Positions 53,646 through 64,000 of a DNA stretch of 64,000 bases are shown here, piece by piece. Positions within the stretch are counted from its first letter, which is position 1; each line of letters starts with the position of its first letter. Source of the DNA: Pseudomonadota bacterium (lineage in GTDB: Bacteria; Pseudomonadota; Alphaproteobacteria; Rhizobiales; Devosiaceae). The DNA is taken from contig JAEYXQ010000160.1 in assembly GCA_023431205.1 (NCBI GenBank), forward strand, positions 28,658-92,657, written 5' to 3'. Below the pieces are notes generated by a model. The model did no database searches, had not been told where the DNA came from, and saw nothing but the letters and a program-made list of their open reading frames with translations. Made by a program: the position numbers and the translations under genes.

Positions 53646-55673
53646 TTGATGACAGCCAAGCCCCAGCGAACGGACCAGTCCAACACCGCCGATGATCTCA
53701 TCGCCGAATTGGCACGGCTGATGGCGCAGGAATCCGGGACCGAGAAGCCTGCCGAGCGTCCTGCTTTCGCGCTTCGGATTCCCGGGGAGCCGGTCGCGCC
53801 CGTGAGCAGCGTCCCGGCGCCGCGCTTTGACTTCAGCGCTGCCAGGCTTGATCCCGTGGTCACGCCAGCTCCTGTGCCGGAGCCACGCGCGCCCGAGTAT
53901 TCCACATCCGCCGAGCGCCCGGCGTTCGACACTGGCTCGCCAGCGCCGGCCGAGGCTTCGTCGACTGACGTGCCGGCTACCGAAGATGCCATTGCGCAGC
54001 TCATTGCCGCCGAGTTCGCCCACGCTCACCCCGAACCCGAGCCCCGGTCCACCCCGGTGAAGGCCGCTGCTCCTGAGCCAGTCGCCCCGGTGACGGCGGA
54101 GTTGCCGGTGCACCGGCCGGATTCCGTGCAGGATCAGTTCCGTATTCCGCCAGTCTTTGGTCTCGGTGGAGCGCCGAAGGCAGAGCCGGCGCCCGTCCCC
54201 CAGGTGGTCGCGGCGCAGCGCAACCTTTCGGTTGCGGCGGAGCACAAGCCTTCCGTTGCCGACCCGATCGATGAGATCGAGAGCCTGATTGGCCGCGCCG
54301 CTCAGGTTGGGGCCGACCAGCCCGCCACGCAGCAGGAAGAGCAGCTGGTGGAGCCCGTTGTGGATTTCGAACCGGCACCGGTGGAGCAGCCGGAAGTGCG
54401 CCCGGCGCCCAGTCCGGCGCTGCGCAGCCTTGCCACGCCAACGCTCAAGCCCCCACCGCAGCCGGCCCCTCGTGGCAACCTGTCCGCCGCTGACGAGACG
54501 ATCATGGCGGCGGCTCAAGCCACTGGCGCGCAACTCGAGTGGGTCGATGCCCCGGGCGCCGAGGAACTTCCCGCGGAGCGGCCGGAACGCCGTCGTCCTC
54601 GCCTGGTGTTCTCCCGTGCCGTGGCTGGTCCGGTCGTCGCACTGACACTTCTGCTGGCAGCCGGGTTTGGCCTTTATTGGGTGCTTGGCCTCGGTGCCCC
54701 AGAAGGTCCCGCTCCGCTGCTGACCGCCAGCGCCGAGCCGGTCAAGCAAGTCCCCGAAGTCTCCCCTGAGGCGAGCGCACCGCAACAGTCGGTGGTGTTC
54801 AGCGAGATGGCCGGCGGCAACCCTGAAGAGGAAACGCTGGTCTCGCGCGATCAGGCGGAGGTGACCGACGTCGCCATCGCCAGTACGCTGCCGGGTGCCG
54901 TGGACTCCTCTGCAAACCGCAAGGTCCGCACGGTCACGGTTCGCCCGGACGGCACGATCGTGAGTGGCGAGGATAGCCTGGCGGGTGGCGCCATCCTGCC
55001 GGTCGCACGGCCCAACGTGCCGGAAGTGCCTGGCGCCACGGACGCCAGCCCGTTGCTGGCGAGCACGAATGCTGCGGCCGCAGCGCCGACGTCGGAAGCC
55101 GGCGGTGAATTACCGGCGCTGCCTGCCGATGCAACGGACGCCCTGACCCAGGCTGCAGCGACACCACCGGTGACGCCGGTTGAACCCGGCACCTACGTTG
55201 CGGCGGTCGATGTCGCGGGCAACCCGATCCCGGGCAAGACTGCGCCGGTGCCGATGCGCAAGCCGCAGTTTTCGGCCGCAGTCCTCGCCGCGGCGGCACA
55301 GGCTGCCGTGCCTCAGACGCCGGTCACTGCCAATGCACTGGTTGCGCCTGACGCAACTCAGCAGGCGTCGCTCCCGCCGCCCCCCGCGGCGAATGCCATG
55401 GCGCCCGCAGCTCCGGCCGCCTCGGCTGGCGCCGCTCCAGCCTATATCCAGCTGTCGTCGCAGCGGACAGAAGATGCAGCGCGCGCCAGTGCGCAGGAGA
55501 TCGTGAACCGTTTCGGGCCGCTGTTCGGTGGCGCCAACCTCGAGGTTCAGCGCGTCGACCTCGGCGATCGCGGGATCTTCTATCGCGTGCGGGCGCCGGC
55601 TGCCTCGTTGGCGGACGCCAACAACGTCTGCACCAACATAAAGGCGGCAGGCGGCGACTGCTTCACCATGTAG
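53646..55673 (+). CDS. SPOR domain cell-division protein (FtsN-like)
   Basis: Central TM, RKVRTVTVRPDG, C-terminal SPOR domain (YIQLSS...FYRVR...C...GGDC). Confidence 0.88.
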   Translation: MMTAKPQRTDQSNTADDLIAELARLMAQESGTEKPAERPAFALRIPGEPVAPVSSVPAPRFDFSAARLDPVVTPAPVPEPRAPEYSTSAERPAFDTGSPAPAEASSTDVPATEDAIAQLIAAEFAHAHPEPEPRSTPVKAAAPEPVAPVTAELPVHRPDSVQDQFRIPPVFGLGGAPKAEPAPVPQVVAAQRNLSVAAEHKPSVADPIDEIESLIGRAAQVGADQPATQQEEQLVEPVVDFEPAPVEQPEVRPAPSPALRSLATPTLKPPPQPAPRGNLSAADETIMAAAQATGAQLEWVDAPGAEELPAERPERRRPRLVFSRAVAGPVVALTLLLAAGFGLYWVLGLGAPEGPAPLLTASAEPVKQVPEVSPEASAPQQSVVFSEMAGGNPEEETLVSRDQAEVTDVAIASTLPGAVDSSANRKVRTVTVRPDGTIVSGEDSLAGGAILPVARPNVPEVPGATDASPLLASTNAAAAAPTSEAGGELPALPADATDALTQAAATPPVTPVEPGTYVAAVDVAGNPIPGKTAPVPMRKPQFSAAVLAAAAQAAVPQTPVTANALVAPDATQQASLPPPPAANAMAPAAPAASAGAAPAYIQLSSQRTEDAARASAQEIVNRFGPLFGGANLEVQRVDLGDRGIFYRVRAPAASLADANNVCTNIKAAGGDCFTM

Positions 55674-55809
55674 CGCGCCTGCACGGCGTGTGTTTTTGGG
55701 AGAGGCGTCGCCCGGCTGGGTGGCGCCTCTGCCGTTTCTGCTCCCGGCTTGACGCTATCACTGGTAGCGGCCATGGATTGAGCATGTTCCCGAGAGCGGC
55801 TCCAACCCG

Positions 55810-56592
55810 ATGACGACCGCACCGACTGACTGGCTTGAGCCGCCACCGGCACCGGCCGAGGAGGTCATGCACGTCGATGTGGGTGGCTATGAAGGCCCGC
55901 TCGACCTGCTGCTCGACCTCGCCCGTCGGCAGAAGGTGGACCTCGCGGCCATCTCCGTGCTGGCACTGGCCGAGCAGTACCTTGCCTTCATCGAAACCCT
56001 GAGGGACCGGCGGATCGAGGTTGCTGCCGACTACCTCGTGATGGCCGCGTGGCTGGCCTATCTGAAGAGCCGTCTGATGGTGCCCCAGGCACCGAGCGAC
56101 GAGGAGCCATCGGGCGAGATCCTCGCCGCCATGCTGCAGTTCCGGCTGAAGCGGCTCGAAGCGATGCGACGCGTCGCGGCGCAGTTGCTGGAGCGGCCGC
56201 GGCTTGGTCTGCAGGTCCATTCCCGAGGCATGCCTGAGCCGCTGGAGGTGCAGCGCCGCAGCCTATGGGAAGCCTCGCTCTATGACCTGCTCAAGGCCTA
56301 CGCCACCCAGCGAGAGCGCGAGGTCCGGCTGGACTATGTCCCGCGGCAGCGCACGGTCTGGTCGCTCCAGGACGCCCGCGAGATCCTGCAGCGACTGATC
56401 GGCGACAGCGCCGAATGGGTCGCCATGGACAGCTATCTGGCCGAATATCTCGGCAAGCCCGAGGAGCGGGCGACGATCCGCGCTTCGACATTCGCGTCGA
56501 GTCTGGAACTGGTCCGGCAGGGCGAAATCGACATCCGGCAGACCGAAACCTTCGGTCCGCTGTTGTTGCGCCGGCGGGGTAGGCCTTCGTGA
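55810..56592 (+). CDS. scpA: Segregation and condensation protein A
   Basis: YEGPLDLLLDLAR, ADYLVMAAWLAYLKSR. Confidence 0.95.
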   Translation: MTTAPTDWLEPPPAPAEEVMHVDVGGYEGPLDLLLDLARRQKVDLAAISVLALAEQYLAFIETLRDRRIEVAADYLVMAAWLAYLKSRLMVPQAPSDEEPSGEILAAMLQFRLKRLEAMRRVAAQLLERPRLGLQVHSRGMPEPLEVQRRSLWEASLYDLLKAYATQREREVRLDYVPRQRTVWSLQDAREILQRLIGDSAEWVAMDSYLAEYLGKPEERATIRASTFASSLELVRQGEIDIRQTETFGPLLLRRRGRPS

Positions 56593-57245
56593 GCACGGAT
56601 GAGGATCACGGGGAGGTGCTGGAGCGCCAGTTGCGTGTCCTCGAAGCCCTCTTCTTTGCCGCCAGCGACCCCCTGAGCCCGGCCAGCCTCGTGCCCTATC
56701 TGGGCGAGGACGCTGATGTCGAAAGGCTCATCGAGGCCCTGCGCCTGCGCTATGCCGATCGTGGCGTGAACCTCGTCCGCCGCGGCGACAAATGGGCTTT
56801 CCGCACGGCGGAGGACCTCAACTACATCCTGCGCAGGGAAGAGGAGGAAACGCGGCCGTTGTCTCGCGCCGCCCTCGAGACTCTCGCCATCATTGCCTAC
56901 CATCAGCCGGCGACTCGTGCCGAGATCGAGGAAGTCCGCGGCGTTGCAACCGGCAAGGGTACCCTCGACCTGCTGATGGAGGCGGGATGGGTTCGGATGC
57001 GGGGGCGGCGGCGCAGCCCCGGCCGGCCGGTAACCTATGGCACCACCGAGGGCTTTCTCGATCATTTCGGTCTCGAGACGCTGGCCGACCTGCCGGGCCT
57101 TGAGGAACTCAAGGGGGCCGGCCTGCTGTCCGGCCGACTGCCAGCCGACATGCAGATCCCGCTTCCCTTCGACGGCGTACTCCGTGAAGACGAAGATCCG
57201 CTCGAGCCGGACGACAGCGGCGAAGATGAACCCGAAGAAACGTGA
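56589..57245 (+). CDS. scpB: Segregation and condensation protein B
   Basis: LSRAALETLAIIAYHQP.TRAEIEEVRGV, YGTTEGFL. Confidence 0.95.
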   Translation: MSTDEDHGEVLERQLRVLEALFFAASDPLSPASLVPYLGEDADVERLIEALRLRYADRGVNLVRRGDKWAFRTAEDLNYILRREEEETRPLSRAALETLAIIAYHQPATRAEIEEVRGVATGKGTLDLLMEAGWVRMRGRRRSPGRPVTYGTTEGFLDHFGLETLADLPGLEELKGAGLLSGRLPADMQIPLPFDGVLREDEDPLEPDDSGEDEPEET

Positions 57246-57344
57246 CCGGCGGACGGGAACACGTCCTTGTGTTCCTCGGCGTTTGAACCTATTTCTGACC
57301 CATCTATCGCGTGTAACGCGTTCGTATTCGTAGGGGAGACCATC

Positions 57345-57566
57345 ATGCACGCGCCAGGTATTTGGGGCATTCTCGTTGTCGCCGTCGTCGTCATCCTGCT
57401 GTTTGGCCGTGGCAAGATCTCCGGCATGATGGGTGAAGTCGCCCAGGGCATCAAAGCCTTCCAGAAGGGCATGAAGGACGAGGACAGGCCAGTCGAGCGC
57501 GTGACCACCACGGCCGACACCACCGCCACTCCCGCTGCCGCTGAAGCCGAGAAGAAGGACGCCTGA
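57345..57566 (+). CDS. tatA: Twin-arginine translocase TatA
   Basis: [25 protein letters not shown]. Confidence 0.93.
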   Translation: MHAPGIWGILVVAVVVILLFGRGKISGMMGEVAQGIKAFQKGMKDEDRPVERVTTTADTTATPAAAEAEKKDA

Positions 57567-57611
57567 GAGGGCGTTCACGTCGGCCGGCGCAACGGATGAG
57601 GGAATCGTAGC

Positions 57612-58364
57612 ATGCTCGGCTTAGGCTGGACGGAGATGCTGGTCATCGGCATCGTGGCGCTCGTCGTCATCGGGCCTAAGGATTTGCCTGTGGTGATGAA
57701 CCGCATCGGCAAGGTGGCCGGGCAGATCCGTCGCATGGGCACTGAGTTCCAGCGCGAGATCAATCGCACCACGGGTCTCGACGAGGTGCGCAACCTCCGC
57801 AATTCCATCGCTGCGCCCCTGAAGAAGACCACCGAAGAAATCCGCCGCGAGTTCAACACGATGACGCCGACGGGCCCGAAGCCCAGTGGCGCCATCAAGC
57901 CGACCGATCCCAACGTCGAGAGCGTGGTCGACGAGATCAAGGCGCGGGCCAACATGCCTGCGGACAAGAGCGTCGACGAGAAGGCGGCCGAGTATGGCTT
58001 CAAGCCCTCCGTCGCGCCCAAGACGGCCGAGCCTGTCGAGACGGCTGAGGCGACCCAGCTGGCCAGGCGCAGAAGCCCCGTGAAAGCCAAGGCCGAACCG
58101 ACGCGCCCGGTGATCACCACGGATCTGCCGCCGGTCGGAGCTGAAACGCCGGCGCAGTCGGAACCAGCGGTTCCCGCCAAGCGAACCCGTCGCAAGTCAG
58201 CTGCCTCAACGCTTGAAACAGATGCGCAACCGGTCGAGGCGGTGAAGCCGAAGCGGGCAACCCGCAAGGCTGCTGTCGATGCCGTTGCGGCGACCGCTCA
58301 GTCGGAGCCGGCGGCCCCGAAACGTCGACGCCCGGCCAAGCTTAGTGATGGATCCTCCGAATGA
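57612..58364 (+). CDS. tatB: Twin-arginine translocase TatB
   Basis: EMLVIGIVALVVIGPKDLP. Confidence 0.93.
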   Translation: MLGLGWTEMLVIGIVALVVIGPKDLPVVMNRIGKVAGQIRRMGTEFQREINRTTGLDEVRNLRNSIAAPLKKTTEEIRREFNTMTPTGPKPSGAIKPTDPNVESVVDEIKARANMPADKSVDEKAAEYGFKPSVAPKTAEPVETAEATQLARRRSPVKAKAEPTRPVITTDLPPVGAETPAQSEPAVPAKRTRRKSAASTLETDAQPVEAVKPKRATRKAAVDAVAATAQSEPAAPKRRRPAKLSDGSSE

Positions 58365-59176
58365 GCGAGACCAAGCCCATCGAGGAGACCAAGGTCACAC
58401 AGGACGAACTCGCCGGCAGCGAGGCGCCACTGCTCGATCACCTGATCGAGCTGCGCAAGCGGCTGATCTATTCGGTGGTCGCCGTGGTGGCGCTGATGGC
58501 GATCTGCTTCATCTTCGCCTCGACGATCTACGGTTGGCTGCTGCTGCCTTACCGTGATGCCGTCCCGGACGCGGAACTGATCTTCACCGCGCCGCAGGAG
58601 CTGTTCTTCACTTATCTGAACGTAGCGTTCTTCGGCGCGATCTTCCTCGGCTTCCCGGTTATCGCCAGCCAGATCTACATGTTCGTGGCGCCCGGCCTCT
58701 ACAAGCACGAGCGGCGGGCCTTCATCCCCTACCTTGTGGCGACGCCGATCTTCTTCCTGCTCGGCACGGCGATGGTCTATTTCATCATCCTGCCGATGGC
58801 GCTGCATTTCTTTGCCGGCATGCAGACCGACGACATCGTCATGCTGGTCAGCGCCAAGGAATATCTCGGCTTTGCCATGGTGCTCATCCTGGCGTTCGGG
58901 GTCTGCTTCCAACTGCCGATCGTGCTGACGCTGCTGGCGCAGATCGACCTCGTCAATGTCGAACTGCTCAAGAAGGGCCGGCGCTATGCCATCGTCGGCA
59001 TCCTGATCTTTGCGGCCTTCATCACGCCGCCCGATCCGATTTCCCAGATCGGTCTTGCCTTGCCCATGTACGCCCTCTACGAACTCTCCATTCTGTCGGT
59101 ACGGTTCATCGAGAAGCGCCGGGCTGCGGCTCTTGCCGCACAGGAAGCCGAGCTCTCCGGCTCATCGTCCGAATAG
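58361..59176 (+). CDS. tatC: Twin-arginine translocase TatC
   Basis: LDHLIELRKRL, FVAPGLY..ER, TPPD. Confidence 0.96.
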   Translation: MSETKPIEETKVTQDELAGSEAPLLDHLIELRKRLIYSVVAVVALMAICFIFASTIYGWLLLPYRDAVPDAELIFTAPQELFFTYLNVAFFGAIFLGFPVIASQIYMFVAPGLYKHERRAFIPYLVATPIFFLLGTAMVYFIILPMALHFFAGMQTDDIVMLVSAKEYLGFAMVLILAFGVCFQLPIVLTLLAQIDLVNVELLKKGRRYAIVGILIFAAFITPPDPISQIGLALPMYALYELSILSVRFIEKRRAAALAAQEAELSGSSSE

Positions 59177-59296
59177 GCTGCCCCGCTTTCCCGCGGGCGC
59201 AGCTTCTGTTGCCCCGCGGCGCAAGCAGGCACGCCCTCGGCACGAAGACCATAAGCCTGTAGCCAATCTGGAGGCGGGCAGGGGCCCGCGGACGCC

Positions 59297-60625
59297 ATGT
59301 TCGACATCAAATGGATCAGAGCCAACGCCGAAGCTTTCGACGCCGCCGTTTCGCGGCGCAAGAATGTTTCCGTGCGTGCCTCCGATCTCATCGCGATCGA
59401 CGAACGGCGCCGCGCCGTCATCACCCGTCTCAACGAGGCCCAGGAGAAGCGTAACGCGCTCTCCAAGCAGATCGGCCAGGCCAAGGCGCAGAAGGACGAG
59501 GCGCGCGCCCAGGACCTGATGGCCGAGGTCGCACGGCTCAAGGAAACGATCCCTGCGGACGAAGCCGAGGAACGGGCCGTTGAAACTGAACTCCGGCAGG
59601 CCCTGGAAACCATCCCCAACCTGCCGCTCGAGGACGTGCCGACGGGCGCTGACGAACACGACAATGTCGAGTATTTCGGCGCCAATGGCACAGCCGAAAC
59701 CGCGGCCCGTTTCCGGCCCGCCAAACCAACACTGAGCTTTGCGCCCAAGCAGCACTACGAGCTCGGCGAAGCGCTCGGGCAGATGGATTTCGAGGTCGCC
59801 GCAAAGCTCTCCGGCAGCCGCTTCGTGGTGCTGAAGAGCCAGCTCGCCCGGCTTGAACGCGCCCTCGGCCAGTTCATGCTAGACTTGCACACGACAGAGC
59901 ACGGCTACACCGAAGTGCAGCCGCCGCTTCTGGTGCGCGATGAGGCGCTCTACGGCACCGGGCAGTTGCCCAAGTTCGAGGAAGACCTGTTCTTCACCCC
60001 GCATGGGGAGAGCCGGCTGGCGCTGATTCCGACCGCCGAAGTGCCGCTGACCAATTTCGTGCGCGACTCGATCATCGCCGAAGAGGACCTGCCGCTCCGC
60101 CTCACCGCGCTCACACCTTGCTTCCGCTCGGAAGCCGGGTCGGCTGGCCGCGACACCCGCGGCATGCTGCGCCAGCACCAATTCGACAAGGTGGAGCTCG
60201 TCTCCATCACCACGCCCGAGACCTCCATCGACGAACACGAGCGGATGCTCGGCTGCGCCGAAACCGTGCTGCAGAAGCTCGGGCTCCATTATCGCGTGAT
60301 GAACCTCTGCACCGGCGACATCGGCTTTGGCGCCCGCAAGACCTATGACCTCGAGGTCTGGCTGCCGGGGCAGGACGCCTATCGCGAGATATCGTCGGTC
60401 TCGGTCTGCGGCGATTTCCAGGCCCGCCGCATGGAGGCGCGCTTCCGGCCTGCCGGCGAAAAGCAGGCGCCGCGCTACGTTCATACCCTCAACGGGTCCG
60501 GCACCGCTGTCGGCCGCTGCCTGATCGCGGTGATGGAGAACTACCAGCAGGAGGACGGCTCCATCCTCGTTCCGGAGGTCCTGCGCCCTTACATGGGCGG
60601 CCTCGCCGCCATCGGCGGTCGCTGA
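59297..60625 (+). CDS. serS: Seryl-tRNA synthetase
   Basis: [37 protein letters not shown]. Confidence 0.98.
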   Translation: MFDIKWIRANAEAFDAAVSRRKNVSVRASDLIAIDERRRAVITRLNEAQEKRNALSKQIGQAKAQKDEARAQDLMAEVARLKETIPADEAEERAVETELRQALETIPNLPLEDVPTGADEHDNVEYFGANGTAETAARFRPAKPTLSFAPKQHYELGEALGQMDFEVAAKLSGSRFVVLKSQLARLERALGQFMLDLHTTEHGYTEVQPPLLVRDEALYGTGQLPKFEEDLFFTPHGESRLALIPTAEVPLTNFVRDSIIAEEDLPLRLTALTPCFRSEAGSAGRDTRGMLRQHQFDKVELVSITTPETSIDEHERMLGCAETVLQKLGLHYRVMNLCTGDIGFGARKTYDLEVWLPGQDAYREISSVSVCGDFQARRMEARFRPAGEKQAPRYVHTLNGSGTAVGRCLIAVMENYQQEDGSILVPEVLRPYMGGLAAIGGR

Positions 60626-60628
60626 GCC

Positions 60629-61390
60629 ATGCGCATCCTCATCACCAATGACGATGGTGTGGATGCGCCCGGCATCGCCATCATGGCCGACATCGCCCGG
60701 TCCCTGAGCGACGACGTCTGGATCGTGGCGCCCGATGGCAACCAGTCCGGGGCAGGGCACCGGTTCAGCTTCGGGCGGGAACTCGCGTTCGACCAGCGCG
60801 ACGATCGCACCTATGCGGTCGTCGGCGGCTCCCCGGCGGACTGCGTCGTGGCGGGCATGACCTACCTGCTGGCCGACCAGCCCGCAGATGTCGTGCTGTC
60901 GGGCGTCAACGCTGGGCAGAACCTGGGCGACATCGTCAACTGCTCGGGCACCGCGGCCGGGGCCCGTGAGGGCGCCATGCAGGGCGCCATCGGCATCGCC
61001 ATCAGCCAGGGCATCAACTACGAGCACGGTCACGAGGTCGACTGGCGCAATGCGCGCCATCACGGCGCCGCCGTCGTCCGGGCCCTGATCGAGGCTGCCG
61101 AGGGCAGGGAGCACTACTACAACGTCAACCTGCCGTTCTGTGCTCCGGAAGCGGTCAACGGAATCGCCGTGGTGCCGCACCAGCGATTCTCTCGCTCGCC
61201 GTTCCGCTACTATGGCAGCGACAATCCGGGGAAATTCTTCATTGCCATCCCCGAGACCCCGCTTCCGCTGGATCCGGAAGCCGATTTCGAGCGCCTTCGC
61301 CGCGGCAACAGCATCACCGTCACGCCGATGCTGCTGCAGCAGACCGACCACGAGCTGGCGGAAACCCTCGCGGCACGGCTGAAGCTCTAG
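60629..61390 (+). CDS. surE: 5'/3'-nucleotidase SurE
   Basis: ILITNDDG, QSG, GSPADCV, SGVN.G.N. Confidence 0.92.
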   Translation: MRILITNDDGVDAPGIAIMADIARSLSDDVWIVAPDGNQSGAGHRFSFGRELAFDQRDDRTYAVVGGSPADCVVAGMTYLLADQPADVVLSGVNAGQNLGDIVNCSGTAAGAREGAMQGAIGIAISQGINYEHGHEVDWRNARHHGAAVVRALIEAAEGREHYYNVNLPFCAPEAVNGIAVVPHQRFSRSPFRYYGSDNPGKFFIAIPETPLPLDPEADFERLRRGNSITVTPMLLQQTDHELAETLAARLKL

Positions 61391-61461
61391 CGTCGCGCCG
61401 GCGCTTAACCTTACCCAATCCAGAATCCGCCCGGGCGCTTTTTGCTCAAACTGCAGCGAGT

Positions 61462-61476
61462 TTAAACTCGCCTTTA
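61462..61476 (+). promoter_or_regulatory. Possible CtrA box (one mismatch)
   Basis: TTAA-N7-TTTA upstream of the LysM/M23 gene. Confidence 0.3.
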
Positions 61477-61523
61477 CCTTACCCGCTTAGATTCAAACTC
61501 GTGTTGAGTACCTGCGCACGAGT

Positions 61524-62831
61524 TTGCTGATGAGTATGCGCTTATCCCGCCCGGCCGCGAAGAACGCAGTTGCCGTGGCCACCCTGATCGTCGGCGCCGT
61601 GGCGCTTTCCGGGTGCTCCAGTCTTGGCAGCCGCACCTTTGGCGATCCCGTCACCACCGGCACGCTGCAACAGGCGCCGCCGCAGAGCGTGAACCAGCCT
61701 ATGCCGCAGAGTCTTGGTGCTCCGCAGACGTTGGTCGCCGAACAGCAGTTCCTGCCGCCCGCGCCGCTCGGCGGCGGTGGCAACTGGAACTCGCAGCCAG
61801 CCCCGACCACTCCAATCTGGAATCAGCCGAGCCAGCAGCCGGCATGGAACCAGCCTGCTCCGATGGCGGCCGCATCCGCGCCCACCGTCCAGTCCCAAGA
61901 CCTTCCTGTACTGAGTTCACCGTCCCAGGGATCCTTGCCAGCCATGCCTGCCCAGACCGCCCTTGCATCGACTGTGCCCGCGCCGTCTCCGGCCGCGCTG
62001 GGCACCCTTCCCACCAACTCGTCGGTTCCCACCGTCGCCGCTTCGGCGCCGACGGTTGCTCCGGCCGCCGCTAATTCCAACGGCGCCTACTACCACACCA
62101 TCGCCAGCGGCGAGTCGCTCTACACCATCGCCCGCCGCTATGACGTGACCACTCAGGCGCTTGTGCAGGCCAACAGCCTCGGCTCCCCTGACAAGATCGT
62201 GGTCGGCCAGAAGATCGTCATTCCGGGCCGCTCGGATCTCGCTGCCAGCCAGCCGGTTCAGGTCGCCAGCACCACTCCCGTGGTCGCCCCTGCGCCGCAG
62301 CCAGCACCCGCTCCGTCCGCGACCCTCCAGCAGGCCGCGGTCACGCCTGCGCCCGCACCGGCCCCTGTCGCCGCCACGCCGCAGCAACAGCCCGCTCCGA
62401 CCCAGGTGGCATCCGCTCCCGCTGCGACTCAGCCTGCGGCCCCGGCTCCCGAGCCGGCCATGTCCGGCAGCGACAAGTTCCGCTGGCCCGTCAGCGGCCG
62501 TGTGCTGGTCGATTTCGCGGCCTCGCGCGGCACCGGCATCAACATCGAGGCTGCCGAAGGTACGCCCGTGACGGCTGCCGAGAACGGCACCGTCATCTAT
62601 GTGGGCTCCGGCGTCGAAGGCTACGGCAACCTGGTCCTGATCCGGCACCCCAACGGGTACGTCTCTGCCTACGCCCACCTGTCGTCGATGAGCGTCGCCA
62701 AGGGTGCCGTGGTCAATCGCGGTGATACCATCGGTGCCGCCGGCAAGACCGGTTCGGTGACCCAGTCGCAGCTTCACTTCGAACTGCGCAAGGGCGCCAC
62801 CCCGGTCGACCCGATGCCGCTGCTGAGCTGA
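61524..62831 (+). CDS. LysM/M23 lipoprotein (NlpD/DipM-like)
   Basis: Lipobox LSGC, LysM (HTIASGESLYTIARRY), M23 domain (YAHL, LHFELR); start among 61524-61536. Confidence 0.9.
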   Translation: MLMSMRLSRPAAKNAVAVATLIVGAVALSGCSSLGSRTFGDPVTTGTLQQAPPQSVNQPMPQSLGAPQTLVAEQQFLPPAPLGGGGNWNSQPAPTTPIWNQPSQQPAWNQPAPMAAASAPTVQSQDLPVLSSPSQGSLPAMPAQTALASTVPAPSPAALGTLPTNSSVPTVAASAPTVAPAAANSNGAYYHTIASGESLYTIARRYDVTTQALVQANSLGSPDKIVVGQKIVIPGRSDLAASQPVQVASTTPVVAPAPQPAPAPSATLQQAAVTPAPAPAPVAATPQQQPAPTQVASAPAATQPAAPAPEPAMSGSDKFRWPVSGRVLVDFAASRGTGINIEAAEGTPVTAAENGTVIYVGSGVEGYGNLVLIRHPNGYVSAYAHLSSMSVAKGAVVNRGDTIGAAGKTGSVTQSQLHFELRKGATPVDPMPLLS

Positions 62832-62852
62832 TCGGAATCTTCCATCTACTGC

Positions 62853-62881
62853 AAAGGGCCCGGACATGATCCGGGCCCTTT
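62853..62881. terminator. Bidirectional terminator
   Basis: AAAGGGCCCGGA-CATGA-TCCGGGCCCTTT between convergent genes. Confidence 0.8.
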
Positions 62882-62908
62882 GCTTTGTGCGACATGCTGA
62901 CGAAAGCG

Positions 62909-63787
62909 CTAGACCGCCTTGCCCAGCTCGCCGGCCAGGGTTCGTACCAGCTGGATCGCCACGCGGCCGGAGCGTGCGCCGCGGGTTTGCGACCACTCGA
63001 TGGCCCGCGCGTTCAGCGTCTCCTCGTCCAGTCCAAGGGCGTAGTGGTCGGCATAAGCCTTGACCATGCTGAGAAAGGTCGGCTGATCGCAGTTGTGGAA
63101 GCCCAGCCACAGCCCGAACCGGTCCGACAGCGACACCTTCTCTTCAACGGCTTCGCCAGGATTGATCGCCGTCGCGCGTTCGTTCTCGATCATGTCCCGC
63201 GGCATCAGGTGCCTGCGGTTGGACGTGGCATAGAACAAGACGTTGTCCGGGCGTCCCTCGAGACCGCCATCCAGAATGGTCTTGAGGGACTTGTAGCTGG
63301 TCTCGTCCTTGTCGAAGCTCAGGTCGTCGCAGAAGACGATGAAGCGAGCCGGCTCCTTGCCGATCAACCGCATCAGGCGGGGCAGGGTGTCCAGATCCTC
63401 GCGGGCGATCTCGATCAGGATCAACCGTTCGAAGCCTTCACCAGTGCGGCTGGTGATGTCGCCATGGATCGCTTTCACCAGCGAACTCTTGCCCATGCCG
63501 CGAGCGCCCCAGAGCAAGGCGTTGTTGGCGCCATGTCCGCGGGCGAACTGCTCGGTGTTGCGCAGCAGGATGTCCTGCACCCGATCGATTCCCTTGAGCA
63601 TGGCCAGTGGAACGCGGCTCACGCGCGCGACCGGCATCAATCCTCCGGCATCCGCATCCCAGTGGTAGGCGTCGGCGTCGCCGAGCACCTGATCGGGAGG
63701 GTTCGCCGCGGACGTTGCCGCCTTCAATGTCGCCGCGATTTCCTGAAGCGTGGCTGCGATTTGGGCGAGCCGGTCGTTGGTATTCAA
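62909..63787 (-). CDS. AAA+ ATPase (DUF815 family)
   Basis: LLWGARGMGKSS, FCDDLSF, ATSNRRHL, EEKVSLSDRFGL; probable TTG start. Confidence 0.9.
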   Translation of the reverse strand: MNTNDRLAQIAATLQEIAATLKAATSAANPPDQVLGDADAYHWDADAGGLMPVARVSRVPLAMLKGIDRVQDILLRNTEQFARGHGANNALLWGARGMGKSSLVKAIHGDITSRTGEGFERLILIEIAREDLDTLPRLMRLIGKEPARFIVFCDDLSFDKDETSYKSLKTILDGGLEGRPDNVLFYATSNRRHLMPRDMIENERATAINPGEAVEEKVSLSDRFGLWLGFHNCDQPTFLSMVKAYADHYALGLDEETLNARAIEWSQTRGARSGRVAIQLVRTLAGELGKAV

Positions 63788-63988
63788 CAGGGCAGTCCTC
63801 GGGTTGTGCCGCGGCAATCTGCGTAGCCGCGAAGGCCTTTGCAATACGAAGGGTGCAAATGTATAGTCCGCCCGATTTTGTCCGGGGTGCAAGTGCAGCA
63901 AGCCCCTCGCGCGTCCAGTCGCGTCGAAGACGATGCTGGTTCTGGCGCTGCCCCATCAAACAAAAAGAATCAATAAGGAGCTCGCCTC

Positions 63989-64000
63989 ATGTTCGTTACG
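63989..64000 (+). CDS. yajC: Probable start of preprotein translocase YajC (truncated by window)
   Basis: TAAGGAG RBS, MFVT..., and rhizobial synteny after the DUF815 ATPase. Confidence 0.5.

Overview
High-GC alphaproteobacterial chromosome segment (Hyphomicrobiales gene order; Devosia-like by inference). Bases 1 to ~39.66 kb are the right part of a lambda-like siphoviral prophage that ends at the 3' end of a tRNA-Cys(GCA) gene (39662-39735, minus), preceded by arm-type att repeats. The prophage carries a terminase/gpW/portal/ClpP/gpD/gpE head module, an RcGTA-type head spike base plus beta-helix spike fibre, tail genes with a -1 frameshifting chaperone, tail fibre and lysis genes. It also carries many accessory genes: rhodanese, a Cas2/VapD-like protein, a truncated Flp pilin missed by the ORF track, an RTX-repeat protein, an arm-less tyrosine recombinase, an Omp25-like barrel, a soluble TolA-CTD-like protein, a HEPN pair, CsbD, a thermonuclease, Myb/SANT-like repeat paralogs, and a DUF3800 RNase-H-fold gene followed immediately by a ~120-nt nested multi-stem candidate ncRNA (the most interesting candidate system). 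From ~39.8 kb onward is conserved core genome: pcm-tolC-popZ-valS, exoR-like, xth, erpA, dgt, argS, SPOR, scpAB, tatABC, serS, surE, LysM/M23, AAA ATPase and the start of yajC. All family assignments are from motif recognition by eye, not database searches.
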